A stretch of 41,820 nucleotides of DNA from Nostoc sp. DedSLP01 (GTDB lineage Bacteria > Cyanobacteriota > Cyanobacteriia > Cyanobacteriales > Nostocaceae). The stretch covers positions 1 to 41,820 of the forward strand of contig JAVRCJ020000053.1 of assembly GCA_034530875.2 (NCBI GenBank), in the 5' to 3' direction. Every line of letters starts with the position of its first letter. Position 1 is the first letter of the stretch. The notes beneath the pieces were generated by a model. The model saw only the letters and a program-made list of their open reading frames with translations, did not search any database and had not been told where the DNA came from. The translations under genes and the position numbers were made by a program. Shown here piece after piece: positions 1-8,924 of the stretch.

Positions 1-141
1 CCAGCAAGCATTTTTTAATGTCTTGCCGCAGTATCAAGGGTTTGAGCTTCCAAGCCACCTTGTGAGCTAAACGCTTATACATAAATCATTTTGCCGTTTT
101 TGCCAAAATTTTTGTAGGCTCTTATTTTGGCAAAGGTATTG
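1..141 (+). mobile_element. End of an IS4-type element extending off the left edge of the window (terminal inverted repeat at 127-141)
   Basis: The reverse complement of 119-141 (CAATACCTTTGCCAAAATAAGAG) matches the left end of the IS at 40292 (CAATACCTTTGCCAAAAAAAGAG) at 22/23 nt. An open frame 2-70 (QQAFFNVLPQYQGFELPSHLVS*) may be a transposase C-terminus. Confidence 0.6.
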
Positions 142-212
142 AGTATTAAGATATATTTCGCCAACGGTATCCTCCCTAGCTCCACGCCAGTAAGTTGTGT
201 TCAGGTGACCAA

Positions 213-329
213 GCCCCGTTGGGGCGGAGTGTGGGGTGTCGGGAAAAATAGCCCCAACACTCTTCGTGGGTACAAGCCCTGCCCTTAAGGGCAATTGTGT
301 TGGTAGGGGTTTCAAGCCCCTTCCAACAC
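213..329. other. Cluster of four GC-rich hairpins; candidate plasmid oriT
   Basis: GCCCC-gtt-GGGGC (213-225); GAGTGT/GGGG...CCCC/ACACTC (227-262); palindrome TGCCCTTAAGGGCA (280-293); GTGTTGG.AGGGG...CCCCT.CCAACAC (297-329). GTGGGGTGT at 231-239 matches the F-plasmid nic core. Confidence 0.35.
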
Positions 330-338
330 CCTCTTCAC

Positions 339-367
339 TACACCCTACACCCTACCCCCTACACCCT
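339..367. repeat. STRR heptamer tandem repeat (TACACCC)x4 overlapping the leuS stop codon
   Basis: tacaccc tacaccc taccccc tacaccc read directly. Confidence 0.8.
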
Positions 368-2131
368 GTTGCTGACAAAGTTAATCGCTCGACCGGGAAC
401 GTAAACAACACGCCCAAGCTCCTGATTTTTGAGATACCATTGAACTGCTTTGGTTTGTCTGGCGATCGCCATCGCTTCCTCCTTTGAAGCTTCCGGTGAA
501 ATGGTAATTCTCGTTCGAGTACGTCCATCGATCTGCACTGCGACTGTCACCTGCTCGGTAATCAAGAATTCTGGATCGAACTGGGGAAAAGTTTGCTGAT
601 GAATCGAGCCAGATTCCCCCAATTGCTGCCAGAGTTCTTCTGTGACATGGGGTGCAAAAGGAGCCAACATCAACAGATACGACTTCAATTCCACCTCTGC
701 AATACTCGATTTTGATTGCAACATATTGAAATAACTCATCAAGGCGGCGATCGCTGTATTGTATTTCAGCGATTGAATATCTTTGGAAATCTTGTGGATT
801 GTTTGATGTAAACGCCGCTGCGATACCAAATCAGGCGGATTTGGTTGCAAACTATTTTTGTGTTTGTTCGCCCATTGATACACTCTATCCAAGAATCGCC
901 GGATACCAGCAATCCCGCCATCGGAAAAATCGCCACCTTGGTCGTATGGGCCCAAAAACATCAGATAAGTCCGCAAAGTATCTGCACCATAAAACTCGAT
1001 GTAGCGATCGGGATTTACCACATTACCCTTCGACTTACTCATTTTGGCACCCTGTTTCGTCAGCAATCCGTGGGCGCGGAACCGTTGAAAGGGTTCATAA
1101 AAGGGGATATGCCCCAAATCGTGCAACACCATTGTGATGAATCGACTGTACAACAGATGAAGCACAGAATGTTCTGCGCCACCAATATACATATCCACAG
1201 GCAACCATTTAGCTGTAATTGCTCCATCGAATGGAACATCAGCGCGATCGCAACAGGGATAGCGCAAAAAATACCAAGCAGAATCCAAAAAGTTATCAGA
1301 CACATCCGTTTCTCGCCGTGCGACACCACCACAGCAGGGACAGGTTGTATTGACGAATTCTGGAATGTCTGCCAAAGGCGAATTCCCTGTTCCTTGAGGC
1401 AACCAATTCTCAGTTTCCGGCAACTGTACTGGCAATTGCTCCTCTGGCACCGACACTATACCGCAGCGGGAGCAGTAAATAATCGGAATCGGCGGGCCCC
1501 AATAGCGTTGCCGTGAGATTAACCAATCTCGCAAGTGATACTGCACTGTGCCATCTATTTCGTCACGCCCAATCCAGTTGCGTTGAGCCGTTTTGACTTT
1601 TTCTGACCAGTCCAATCGATCCAAATTGTCCAACAACCGTTGAGCATACTCGGTGATTTTGAAAAACCACTGTTCCAATTCCCGTTGAATGGCGATCGCG
1701 CTGCACCGTTCGCATTCGCCGCCAATCACCTGCTCGTCGGCAAGTACTGTCTTGCAAGAAGGGCACCAGTTCACTGCCGCTTTTTTACGAACGGCTAATC
1801 CAGCTTTGAACAACTGCAAGAAAACCCACTGCGTCCATTTATAATACGCGGGATCGGTGGTTTGAATTTCATAATTCCAGCAGAAACGATTGCCAATTCT
1901 TTGCAACTGCGTTTCTCGAAATCGCTTCACATTACGTGCTGTCAATTCACGGGGATGAACGCCTTGCTTAATCGCAAAATTCTCGCTGTGAATGCCAAAG
2001 GCATCAAAGCCCATTGGCTCAAATACCGCTTTGCCCTGCATCGCCATGAAGCGGCCGTAGATGTCTGCTCCGGTAAAAGCATAGACATTCCCAACGTGCA
2101 AACCCTCAGCAGAAGGATAGGGGAACATCAT
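359..2131 (-). CDS. leuS: Leucyl-tRNA synthetase paralogue lacking the CP1 editing domain; LeuRS homology continues in frame upstream to ~2233
   Basis: MFPYPSAEGLHVGN (HIGH motif), GFDAFG, Zn knuckle CPSC...CERC, LRDWLISRQRYWG, YIGGAEH, KMSKS, C-terminal VQIDG...VYVPGRAINFV. The in-frame upstream sequence YDHRAIEARWQSIW...PFYNL is a typical LeuRS N-terminus. Confidence 0.95.
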   Translation of the reverse strand: MMFPYPSAEGLHVGNVYAFTGADIYGRFMAMQGKAVFEPMGFDAFGIHSENFAIKQGVHPRELTARNVKRFRETQLQRIGNRFCWNYEIQTTDPAYYKWTQWVFLQLFKAGLAVRKKAAVNWCPSCKTVLADEQVIGGECERCSAIAIQRELEQWFFKITEYAQRLLDNLDRLDWSEKVKTAQRNWIGRDEIDGTVQYHLRDWLISRQRYWGPPIPIIYCSRCGIVSVPEEQLPVQLPETENWLPQGTGNSPLADIPEFVNTTCPCCGGVARRETDVSDNFLDSAWYFLRYPCCDRADVPFDGAITAKWLPVDMYIGGAEHSVLHLLYSRFITMVLHDLGHIPFYEPFQRFRAHGLLTKQGAKMSKSKGNVVNPDRYIEFYGADTLRTYLMFLGPYDQGGDFSDGGIAGIRRFLDRVYQWANKHKNSLQPNPPDLVSQRRLHQTIHKISKDIQSLKYNTAIAALMSYFNMLQSKSSIAEVELKSYLLMLAPFAPHVTEELWQQLGESGSIHQQTFPQFDPEFLITEQVTVAVQIDGRTRTRITISPEASKEEAMAIARQTKAVQWYLKNQELGRVVYVPGRAINFVSNRV

Positions 2132-2359
2132 TAAATTGTAAAAAGGCTGAGCATTTGTTGCTAAATCGACCTCATGCAGTTGGTTCTGCTGCCAGATGGA
2201 TTGCCATCGGGCTTCGATTGCGCGGTGGTCGTAAGTAAAAGAAGGAGGAATAGAATCGATCGGATCTCTTCGATCCGGCTTTATAGGTCCCAGTCGTGCA
2301 TCATAAAATTCTCAATGCCTACTTGTAATATTATTGTAACACAAAGTGCCTTAAAACAC

Positions 2360-3334
2360 CTAGTAAATTTCTGGATTCACACAATGAGGTAATCTTTCGC
2401 CTTTCAAGCCAGCTATTAAATTATCAATTGCCATATTCGCCATTTTTTCTCGTGTTTGCAGACTAGCACTACCGATATGAGGAGTGATAATTAAGTTATC
2501 AAGAGTCAGCAATGGACTATCAGTAGGTATTGGTTCTGGTTGGGTGACATCAATAGCAGCAGCAGCAATTTCACCACTGCTTAACGCTTTGTATAAGGCA
2601 TTTGGATTAATAATTGCTCCCCGCGCTGTGTTGATGACAATCGCGGATTTTTTCATCAGTGCAAATTCATTTTCTGCAAACAAATTATCTGTCTCTGGAG
2701 ATAAAGGCGTATGAATTGTGACAAAATCTGATGCTTGTAATAGACTTTCAAAATTAGTAAACTCTACTCCTAATTTTTGTTCTAACTCCGTATCGCATCT
2801 ATGTCGGCTAGTATAAAGAACTCGCATATCAAAACCTTTAGCACGACGAGCGATCGCTTGACCAATCCGACCAAAACCAACAATTCCTAAGGTTGCACCC
2901 GCAATATTCGGCCCCAATAATAAATCTGGTTCCCAAGTCTGCCACTCTCCAGCACGCACAAAGCGATCTGCTTCTACTATTCTTCGCCCAGCTGCCATTA
3001 ATAACGCCCAAGTTAAATCGGCAGTTGCATCTGTCAAAACGCCGGGAGTGTGACCAACTGGGATACCGCGTGCCGTTGCCGCACCGATATCAATATTGTC
3101 ATATCCCACAGCCATCTGGCTAATCGCCTGTAAAGATATCCCCGTTTCCAGCAAGTGTTCATCAATTCGGTCGGTCAGCAAACACAGCAACCCATTTACT
3201 TCCTTCACTTTCTCCAACAACACTTTATATGGAGGTGGTTGGCGTTTTGGCCAAACCTCCACATTGGCAATTTCTTCTAGTCGCTGTAATTGGGTGGGTA
3301 AACGCCGAGTGATAAAGACTTGAGGTCGGGACAT
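2360..3334 (-). CDS. gyaR: D-isomer-specific 2-hydroxyacid dehydrogenase (D-glycerate dehydrogenase / glyoxylate reductase)
   Basis: VGYDNID, TPGVLTDATAD, Rossmann motif GIVGFGRIG, INTARG, DVTQPEP, TPHIGSAS. Confidence 0.93.
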   Translation of the reverse strand: MSRPQVFITRRLPTQLQRLEEIANVEVWPKRQPPPYKVLLEKVKEVNGLLCLLTDRIDEHLLETGISLQAISQMAVGYDNIDIGAATARGIPVGHTPGVLTDATADLTWALLMAAGRRIVEADRFVRAGEWQTWEPDLLLGPNIAGATLGIVGFGRIGQAIARRAKGFDMRVLYTSRHRCDTELEQKLGVEFTNFESLLQASDFVTIHTPLSPETDNLFAENEFALMKKSAIVINTARGAIINPNALYKALSSGEIAAAAIDVTQPEPIPTDSPLLTLDNLIITPHIGSASLQTREKMANMAIDNLIAGLKGERLPHCVNPEIY

Positions 3335-3389
3335 AAGGGACTTCCAATTTCAATCGCTGTGTAGGCAGGGGGGAGAAAGAAAACTATAC

Positions 3390-3572
3390 TAGGACTTACG
3401 TATTGACAAATTAGAAAAAAAATGCAATCAAAAATTAAGAAAAAACAGGCGATGGCTGCGCCAACGTCTTCTCTACGAGACGCTACGCGTAGCTTGCTTC
3501 CCCGAAGGGGTACGACGAACGCCGATCGCTCTTGGACTCTGGAGTTCAGTTTCATTTGCAAATGATATCGCT
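3390..3572 (+). mobile_element. Probable left-end remnant of an IS4-family element (no transposase left)
   Basis: TAGGACTTACGTATTGACA at 3390-3408 resembles, from recall, the AGGACTTACGCA terminus of cyanobacterial IS4 elements. No partner repeat is seen. Confidence 0.45.
3449..3529. repeat. Nested small dispersed repeats (SDR5-like) inserted into a HIP1 site
   Basis: Starts GCGAT and ends CGATCGC. Internal GC-rich mini-hairpins CGTCTtctctacgAGACG and CCCCgaaGGGG sit in AT-rich DNA. Confidence 0.6.
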
Positions 3573-3669
3573 GGTGTTGAGCCACCAGTTTAAGAAATAC
3601 TGTTCTAAATTTTCTTACTTTGCTATCTTTTGGCTTCTGAACTAAAACTCGTTCATGGGTTACTGTAGT

Positions 3670-4140
3670 CTACGCCGCATTCAACACTTTACGAAACACA
3701 ATCTTATCAGCTCCTGCCGTGTAGAAGTCCCGAATGCGAGCCTCCTCCTCGTAGCCGCACTTCGCGTAGAACTTCCTTGTGCGATCAAAGCTCGCTAATG
3801 TTTCCACCAGTAGCATTCGTCCACCACGCGCCTTCAAAGTTTCTTCAACATAGTGCAGCAATTTGCCACCGCGTCCTTGTCCCTGGTGGTCAGGGCGAAT
3901 GGCTATCAATTGTAGATTCCACGTCTGCTCGGTCATTCGTTCAGGCTCACAGTAGGCGACCCCCACCGGGCCGTCTTTGTCATCAAAGTCGGTGATCCAG
4001 AAGGGATCGCTATCGGTGTTACTGCCGAAGTAGTCAGCCAGCATTTTGCCAAGAGCCTCGATCTCGTGCGGTTGGAAACCGATTGTGTTGGCTACTTCAA
4101 TTAGTGCCACTGCATCTTCGGGTTTTGTAGGTCGGATCAT
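3670..4140 (-). CDS. GNAT family N-acetyltransferase
   Basis: Acetyl-CoA motif A IAIRPDHQGQGRGGKLL and C-terminal RKFYAKCGY. Confidence 0.92.
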   Translation of the reverse strand: MIRPTKPEDAVALIEVANTIGFQPHEIEALGKMLADYFGSNTDSDPFWITDFDDKDGPVGVAYCEPERMTEQTWNLQLIAIRPDHQGQGRGGKLLHYVEETLKARGGRMLLVETLASFDRTRKFYAKCGYEEEARIRDFYTAGADKIVFRKVLNAA

Positions 4141-4168
4141 GGAGAAGTTAAGTAATTGAGTTCCTTAA

Positions 4169-4348
4169 ATGCCAGTTATCTCGTTTTGTAACCAAAAAGG
4201 AGGGTGCGGCAAGACTACGGCTGCCGTGCATTTTGCTTTTTGGCTGCATAAAAAACGTAAAAAAGTCCATTTCATTGATGCTGATGCTCAAGCAAGTGGT
4301 TCTTTTTGGATGTCCGCCCTTAGTTATACATCTAAATCAATTGGTTAA
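4169..4348 (+). pseudogene. parA: Truncated ParA-family partition ATPase (59 aa N-terminal fragment; not in the ORF track)
   Basis: Translates to MPVISFCNQKGGCGKTTAAVHFAFWLHKKRKKVHFIDADAQASGSFWMSAL...*: deviant Walker A KGGxGKTT and A' motif IDAD.Q, then a stop. Confidence 0.85.
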
Positions 4349-4402
4349 TTTATTCTTTGGAAGTCCCTAATTGCGATCGTCTGGGGTTTTTCATTCTAAA
4401 TA

Positions 4403-4981
4403 TTATGGAGTTGTTTGCCTTTTAATGTCGTTGTTAGCAGCAACGCCCCAAAAATAGTAATCGGCTTGATAAGGGACTTTAACCTCAAGTTGTTTGTGGG
4501 TTGCATCGCAACCGCTGGCTGGAGCTTTGCCGCCAACTGTATTTAGGCGCTGTATCCAATTTACTTTGTTTAAGATACCATTGCCTTGATGCGATCGCTC
4601 TGACAACAGTAACCAAGGAATTGTATTGGCTTGCGGTGCATTTGCTTTTGCCTGAGCGACGACTTTAGTACCATCATTCAACTCCCAGGTAGGGCCTGCA
4701 TAATGTTTGCCTATTTGTTGTCCCTGTTCGTTGAATAATACTGCATCTGGAGCCTTAAGCGTCCACTCAAAAGAGTTGGGATTATCTGACTTAGCCTTGC
4801 AAACATATATTTGCGAACCTTTAGCAGACGCTTTCAACAGAAGGCTTTGGCCTGGCGGGACTTGCAGGTTTTTTGGTACCTGGGATGAAGTGGTGGATGT
4901 AGTTTGGGCTTGGCTATGACCAGCACTCAACCCGAACATCACAAGGAAGAGACTGATATTCAATAAATAAGTTTTGTTCAT
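4403..4981 (-). CDS. Secreted DUF3455-domain protein
   Basis: Signal peptide ending HSQA; GSQIYVC, WTLKAPDAVL, GKHYAGPTW, IPWLLL, IQRLNTVGGKAP, VPYQADYYF. Confidence 0.85.
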   Translation of the reverse strand: MNKTYLLNISLFLVMFGLSAGHSQAQTTSTTSSQVPKNLQVPPGQSLLLKASAKGSQIYVCKAKSDNPNSFEWTLKAPDAVLFNEQGQQIGKHYAGPTWELNDGTKVVAQAKANAPQANTIPWLLLSERSHQGNGILNKVNWIQRLNTVGGKAPASGCDATHKQLEVKVPYQADYYFWGVAANNDIKRQTTP

Positions 4982-5300
4982 CAAAATTTGCCTTCAAGAT
5001 GACCTCGTAGTTTCTGGATTTTAAGGGATTGACAAACGAGAAACATCTGAAAGAAGTCTCATATCATGGTAACCAAATATATCAGTGAATTGGGCGGCTC
5101 GAAGACTCTAGCCTTGGGTTAAGACTAAACACTAAACTCACGTAGCTTAGTTCAAGAATGTAGCTTATTTCCCGCAGAGTAACTCAAAATTTTCGTGGTT
5201 TTGTGGATTTTTACTTCATACCACTTCATAGGATTTTTTCCCTTTTCCATATCTTAAAAGTTTGAGTATGTTATAAATGCAAAAACTTATTCACCAGTTA

Positions 5301-5423
5301 TATAGAACTCACATTTGATTGCGTGAAAAAATCACTACATCCAGACAAGGCTTCTACCCTACTTCCCATTCCCTACTCCCTGTCTACACAAATAAATTCT
5401 CCAAAGCAAACCGGAATCCTATA
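5301..5423. mobile_element. MITE-like element with TA ends (IS630-type) containing STRR heptamers
   Basis: Left end TATAGAACTCACATTTGATT versus reverse complement of right end TATAGGATTCCGGTTTGCTT; internal CCCTACT/CCCATTC repeats. Confidence 0.5.
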
Positions 5424-5426
5424 GTG

Positions 5427-6050
5427 ATGAAAATTTATCGACTTGCGAAAATATTTATTCTTATTTTTTTAGCTTTTATATCTGCGATCGCCTTGCTTCA
5501 CTTTAAATCGCCAGATGAAAAACGAGGTAATTTTTGTAGCAGTTTTAAAGCTCTCAATCAAACCCCTGTTAAACATTACGATATGAATGGAATTAAATGG
5601 CGTCAAGGAACATTTAATACAAAAGTTTTTTTAAACGAACAAAGAGAAATAAAAGTAATTATTTTCCCTCAAGCACTTTCTCCTAAAATTTGGTCAGAAG
5701 TACCTCAAGCCTCAATTCAATATATTGGAAACGGTGGTGATAATAATTGGCGAGAATGGTTGAGTCCCGATTATTTTTATTTACTCACAGTTCCTCCGCA
5801 AACAACAGCCTTAGCTTTTGGCAGACTTTGTAATCGGAACGGAGATGTTGAGGTTGAACCTATTAAAAAATTGGAAAAAATTTCTGACACAAAAATAATC
5901 ATCAATAACAAAATTTATCTTTCGGTTTCATCTCCAGTACCAACGATTAATCAATATAGTGTTATTGTCAATACTGGTAGTAATCGTCTGGATACATTAG
6001 GTATTCAAACAGAGGTATATTTCACCAAAGAAAAACTAAAGTATGAGTAA
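5427..6050 (+). CDS. Hypothetical membrane-anchored or exported protein (207 aa)
   Basis: Open frame; ATG 5427 is followed by basic residues and a hydrophobic helix (IFILIFLAFISAIALL). The upstream extension to 5319 lies in the MITE. Confidence 0.7.
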   Translation: MKIYRLAKIFILIFLAFISAIALLHFKSPDEKRGNFCSSFKALNQTPVKHYDMNGIKWRQGTFNTKVFLNEQREIKVIIFPQALSPKIWSEVPQASIQYIGNGGDNNWREWLSPDYFYLLTVPPQTTALAFGRLCNRNGDVEVEPIKKLEKISDTKIIINNKIYLSVSSPVPTINQYSVIVNTGSNRLDTLGIQTEVYFTKEKLKYE

Positions 6051-6128
6051 AAAGCAGGGGGATACAAGGAGATAGGTAAAAAACTTGCAATAAATCTTTC
6101 ACCTCCTCCTGTTTCCCATACCCATTTC

Positions 6129-8006
6129 TTAAAACGTAAAAGTAGTCCGCAGTACACCTACTGTTGTCGTGTCGTTTCTGCTGTCACCCTCTGGATTAAA
6201 CAGAACAAATGCGCCAGGAGTAATGCTAATGTTATCGTTCAGTTTGACGCGATAATAGGCTTCTAAATGGTAAGGGGTAGCGCGATTTGTACCAAGTACA
6301 GCCGCACCACTAGCATCACTACGGTAAAGCGGCTGACCAAAAAGAATTCCGGCGTTGTTTCCTGTTTTGAATAAATCGCTGAAGTGAAGTCCTACCATCC
6401 AACTTGTAAAGGTCGTGGAAGCATCAACGTCTGGAGAGGAATCATCAACAAACAAAGCTGCACCGTACCCAGATAAGGCTAACTTGGGAGAAAATCGCCA
6501 TGTGACAGTACCACCGACAGAGTTGAGCTTCACTGGTGTCCCAGGCGCAAGACCAGATAAAGCACCAATGTCACTACTAATTAATCCGGTACCTAAGATA
6601 TTGATTTCGTGGTAGCTGTTAGCGTAGTTCAGACCAATATCAATGGCTGAGCTAGGCTTGAAGGTTAACTGGGCGGCGATAACACTACTACCGCTGAAAA
6701 GACCTGCTCCCAAAGGTGTAGTAGACACTCCTGCTAATCCTGGTACATCATTTGGAGATTTTTGAGGAAGATTAGCATTGACGCTGCCGTATAAAGCTCT
6801 GAAATCCAAACTTGGAGAAATAGTATAAATAAATCCTGCCGCCGATGCCAAACCAGTACCAGAAGTTCCACCAGAGACACGTAATACAGGGTTCAAACCT
6901 GCAAAACGAGAAATTGATTCTTGTCCCTCACCATAAAAAGGTGTGATTGTTGGAAAAGCATCCGATGTCTCGGCCGCAGTTCCAGCAAATAAAGTTAATT
7001 TACTAGCGACGGGAAAAATATACAGCAATTTGTAAAGCTGTACGCTATTGGCTCCAACAGCGGATAGAGTATTGACGTTAAGACCAGGAAACTGCGGCTC
7101 AAAACTAGTACGAGCGCTACTAGAACTCAATATAGATGAGGATAAGCCGAGACTTTCTTGCAAGCTACCGCTACCATCTGCTCCACCTAAAAAGTTGTAA
7201 GCTTGCAGACCGGTAATCAATAAATCTTTACCTGTAAAGCTACTAGTTAGATTTAACCGCACTCTATTGACTAGGATGATATTCGGATCGTCCCTATCGG
7301 GAGCGCCGCCACTGGCACCAATACCAGCAATAATTGCCTCACCGGTAAGTTTGGTAGTAGTAGAAAACTGATTTGCTTCTAGTTCTGCTGTACGCGCTTC
7401 TACAGCATCTACGCGACCGCGCAATGTTGCTAATTCCGCAGCAAATTCTTCTTGTAATTTTTGTAAGGTTGCTAAATCTTGTTTGCTAACTAAATCGCCA
7501 GTGGCGGTAGCAATTAGTTCGTTGATTCTGTCTAAACATGCATTTAAGCCAGCTGCAAATTCGTAGCGAGTCAACGCCCGATTGCCGCGATAGGTAAGAT
7601 TGGGATAACCGGCGATACAACCATAACGTTCTACTACAGATTGTAGTGCTTGAAAAGCCCAATCGCTCGGCTGTACGTCAGACAATTGTGTTACGGATGT
7701 AACTTGTGAAAGTTTATCTGATGAAGAAGGTTTTGTCGAGTTTGGAGCGATCGCTGGCAAAGAATTAGCAGTATTATCTAAGCGTAAATCTTGGCTTTTT
7801 TCTTGGCGATCGCTTGAGGATAAATCTTTTTGAGTTGATTCCTGAGCAATCAGACGAACGTTGGGATCTTTGCTAACGTTATCTCGTTCGATTGCTGGGT
7901 TTTCTTGGGAAACATTGAAATTAGTAAGGGCTTGTACAGGTAATAATCCGCAAATTAACCATAAAAAGCCAGCTCCACCAGCAGAGGCTAGTAGATATTT
8001 CGCCAT
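6129..8006 (-). CDS. Outer-membrane porin, SLH + OprB type (iron-uptake / carbohydrate-selective porin family)
   Basis: SLH motif LSDVQPSDWAFQALQSVVERYGCIAGYP...TRYEFAAGLNACL, coiled coil, FSTTTKL, C-terminal HLEAYY...ISITPG...GVLRTTFTF. Confidence 0.93.
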   Translation of the reverse strand: MAKYLLASAGGAGFLWLICGLLPVQALTNFNVSQENPAIERDNVSKDPNVRLIAQESTQKDLSSSDRQEKSQDLRLDNTANSLPAIAPNSTKPSSSDKLSQVTSVTQLSDVQPSDWAFQALQSVVERYGCIAGYPNLTYRGNRALTRYEFAAGLNACLDRINELIATATGDLVSKQDLATLQKLQEEFAAELATLRGRVDAVEARTAELEANQFSTTTKLTGEAIIAGIGASGGAPDRDDPNIILVNRVRLNLTSSFTGKDLLITGLQAYNFLGGADGSGSLQESLGLSSSILSSSSARTSFEPQFPGLNVNTLSAVGANSVQLYKLLYIFPVASKLTLFAGTAAETSDAFPTITPFYGEGQESISRFAGLNPVLRVSGGTSGTGLASAAGFIYTISPSLDFRALYGSVNANLPQKSPNDVPGLAGVSTTPLGAGLFSGSSVIAAQLTFKPSSAIDIGLNYANSYHEINILGTGLISSDIGALSGLAPGTPVKLNSVGGTVTWRFSPKLALSGYGAALFVDDSSPDVDASTTFTSWMVGLHFSDLFKTGNNAGILFGQPLYRSDASGAAVLGTNRATPYHLEAYYRVKLNDNISITPGAFVLFNPEGDSRNDTTTVGVLRTTFTF

Positions 8007-8618
8007 GATAGCTCCTATATATGAAATCAGAAAAACTTAATTGCGATATTTAAATACGATTGATAAGTAAATTTAAAGTCTAGTTAGCAAGCTCATCTTG
8101 TTTACTTTAAATTTCAGGAATGTAGTTCGCTGAAGTAACTCATCAATACATAAATCTTTATCGCAAGCATTAAATTATAGTAAATACTATTTCCAGGAAA
8201 ATTTTACAATCCTTACTATTGGGAAATTCTATTATTGCTATTGAGAAACTAAAATAATTTCAGGTTAGTGTAGTGATATAACAAACTAAGTGTTGGCGCG
8301 CGAGTAGCAACGAACAGAAAACCGGAATAAGAAAATAAACTCAAGAAAATTGCTAAAACCCTTGCCATATATACTTAACGAAGCTGAGGGGGTGACAAAG
8401 GGGCTGAAGCCCGGAAAATAGAGGAGTGAATAGCCAGAGATATAGATGTGAGTAGGGATATGGCTCGTTTATGGCGAAACCGATGAGCTACGTCAAACAG
8501 CAGTACCAGCAAGGCTCTTTACCAGTGCAGGAACCATTTAAGGCAGGGGAGCAGGGAGACAAGGTGAGGAATTTTCCCCTCTGCACCCTGTACCGTTGCT
8601 TCTTCCACTGGGAATGAG

Positions 8619-8924
8619 GTGATGGCGCAGATTTTCAACGAATGCGAGAAGTGCGGATTGGAACTGCTGGAGGATGGAATTTACCGAAATGATGTGAAAT
8701 TAGGCTCAGTTGGCTGTACAAATGGCTACTGGTGGGTCATCCGCGCTTCTTCAGGGCAGCACAAGAGGGCGTGTGAGTCGGTGGATGAGGCTGTGCAATT
8801 GCTGTTGGTGGTTGAAGCTGTGTCTTACGAAGAACTTTTGGATAGGGCTTTTGACGAGCTAACGGCTGACGAGTGGTTGATGATGATGGAGTCTGAGCCG
8901 GTAAGAGAACTCGTTGCGGCATAA
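8619..8924 (+). CDS. Hypothetical protein, probably the C-terminal remnant of a Nostocales plasmid-type gene
   Basis: 101-aa ORF ending LLDRAFDELTADEW...ELVAA. The upstream out-of-frame segment SYVKQQYQQGSLPVQEP (~8487-8537) is separated from it by GCAGGGG-type heptamers. Family recognised from recall only. Confidence 0.55.
   Translation: MMAQIFNECEKCGLELLEDGIYRNDVKLGSVGCTNGYWWVIRASSGQHKRACESVDEAVQLLLVVEAVSYEELLDRAFDELTADEWLMMMESEPVRELVAA

Noticed and set aside
67..487. ORFs 67-315 (-) and 236-487 (+)
   Set aside because: They run through an IS end, hairpins and STRR repeats; not protein-like
799..2392. Plus-strand ORFs 799-1137, 845-1516, 1862-2134 and 2174-2392
   Set aside because: Antisense shadows of leuS with no motifs
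3277..3585. 102-aa minus-strand ORF
   Set aside because: Built from the IS end and SDR repeat, and overlaps the dehydrogenase start
8060..8260. Fur box or regulatory inverted repeat (AAATTTAAAGT...ACTTTAAATTT, 8069-8114) upstream of the porin
   Set aside because: AT-rich matches are too degenerate to assign
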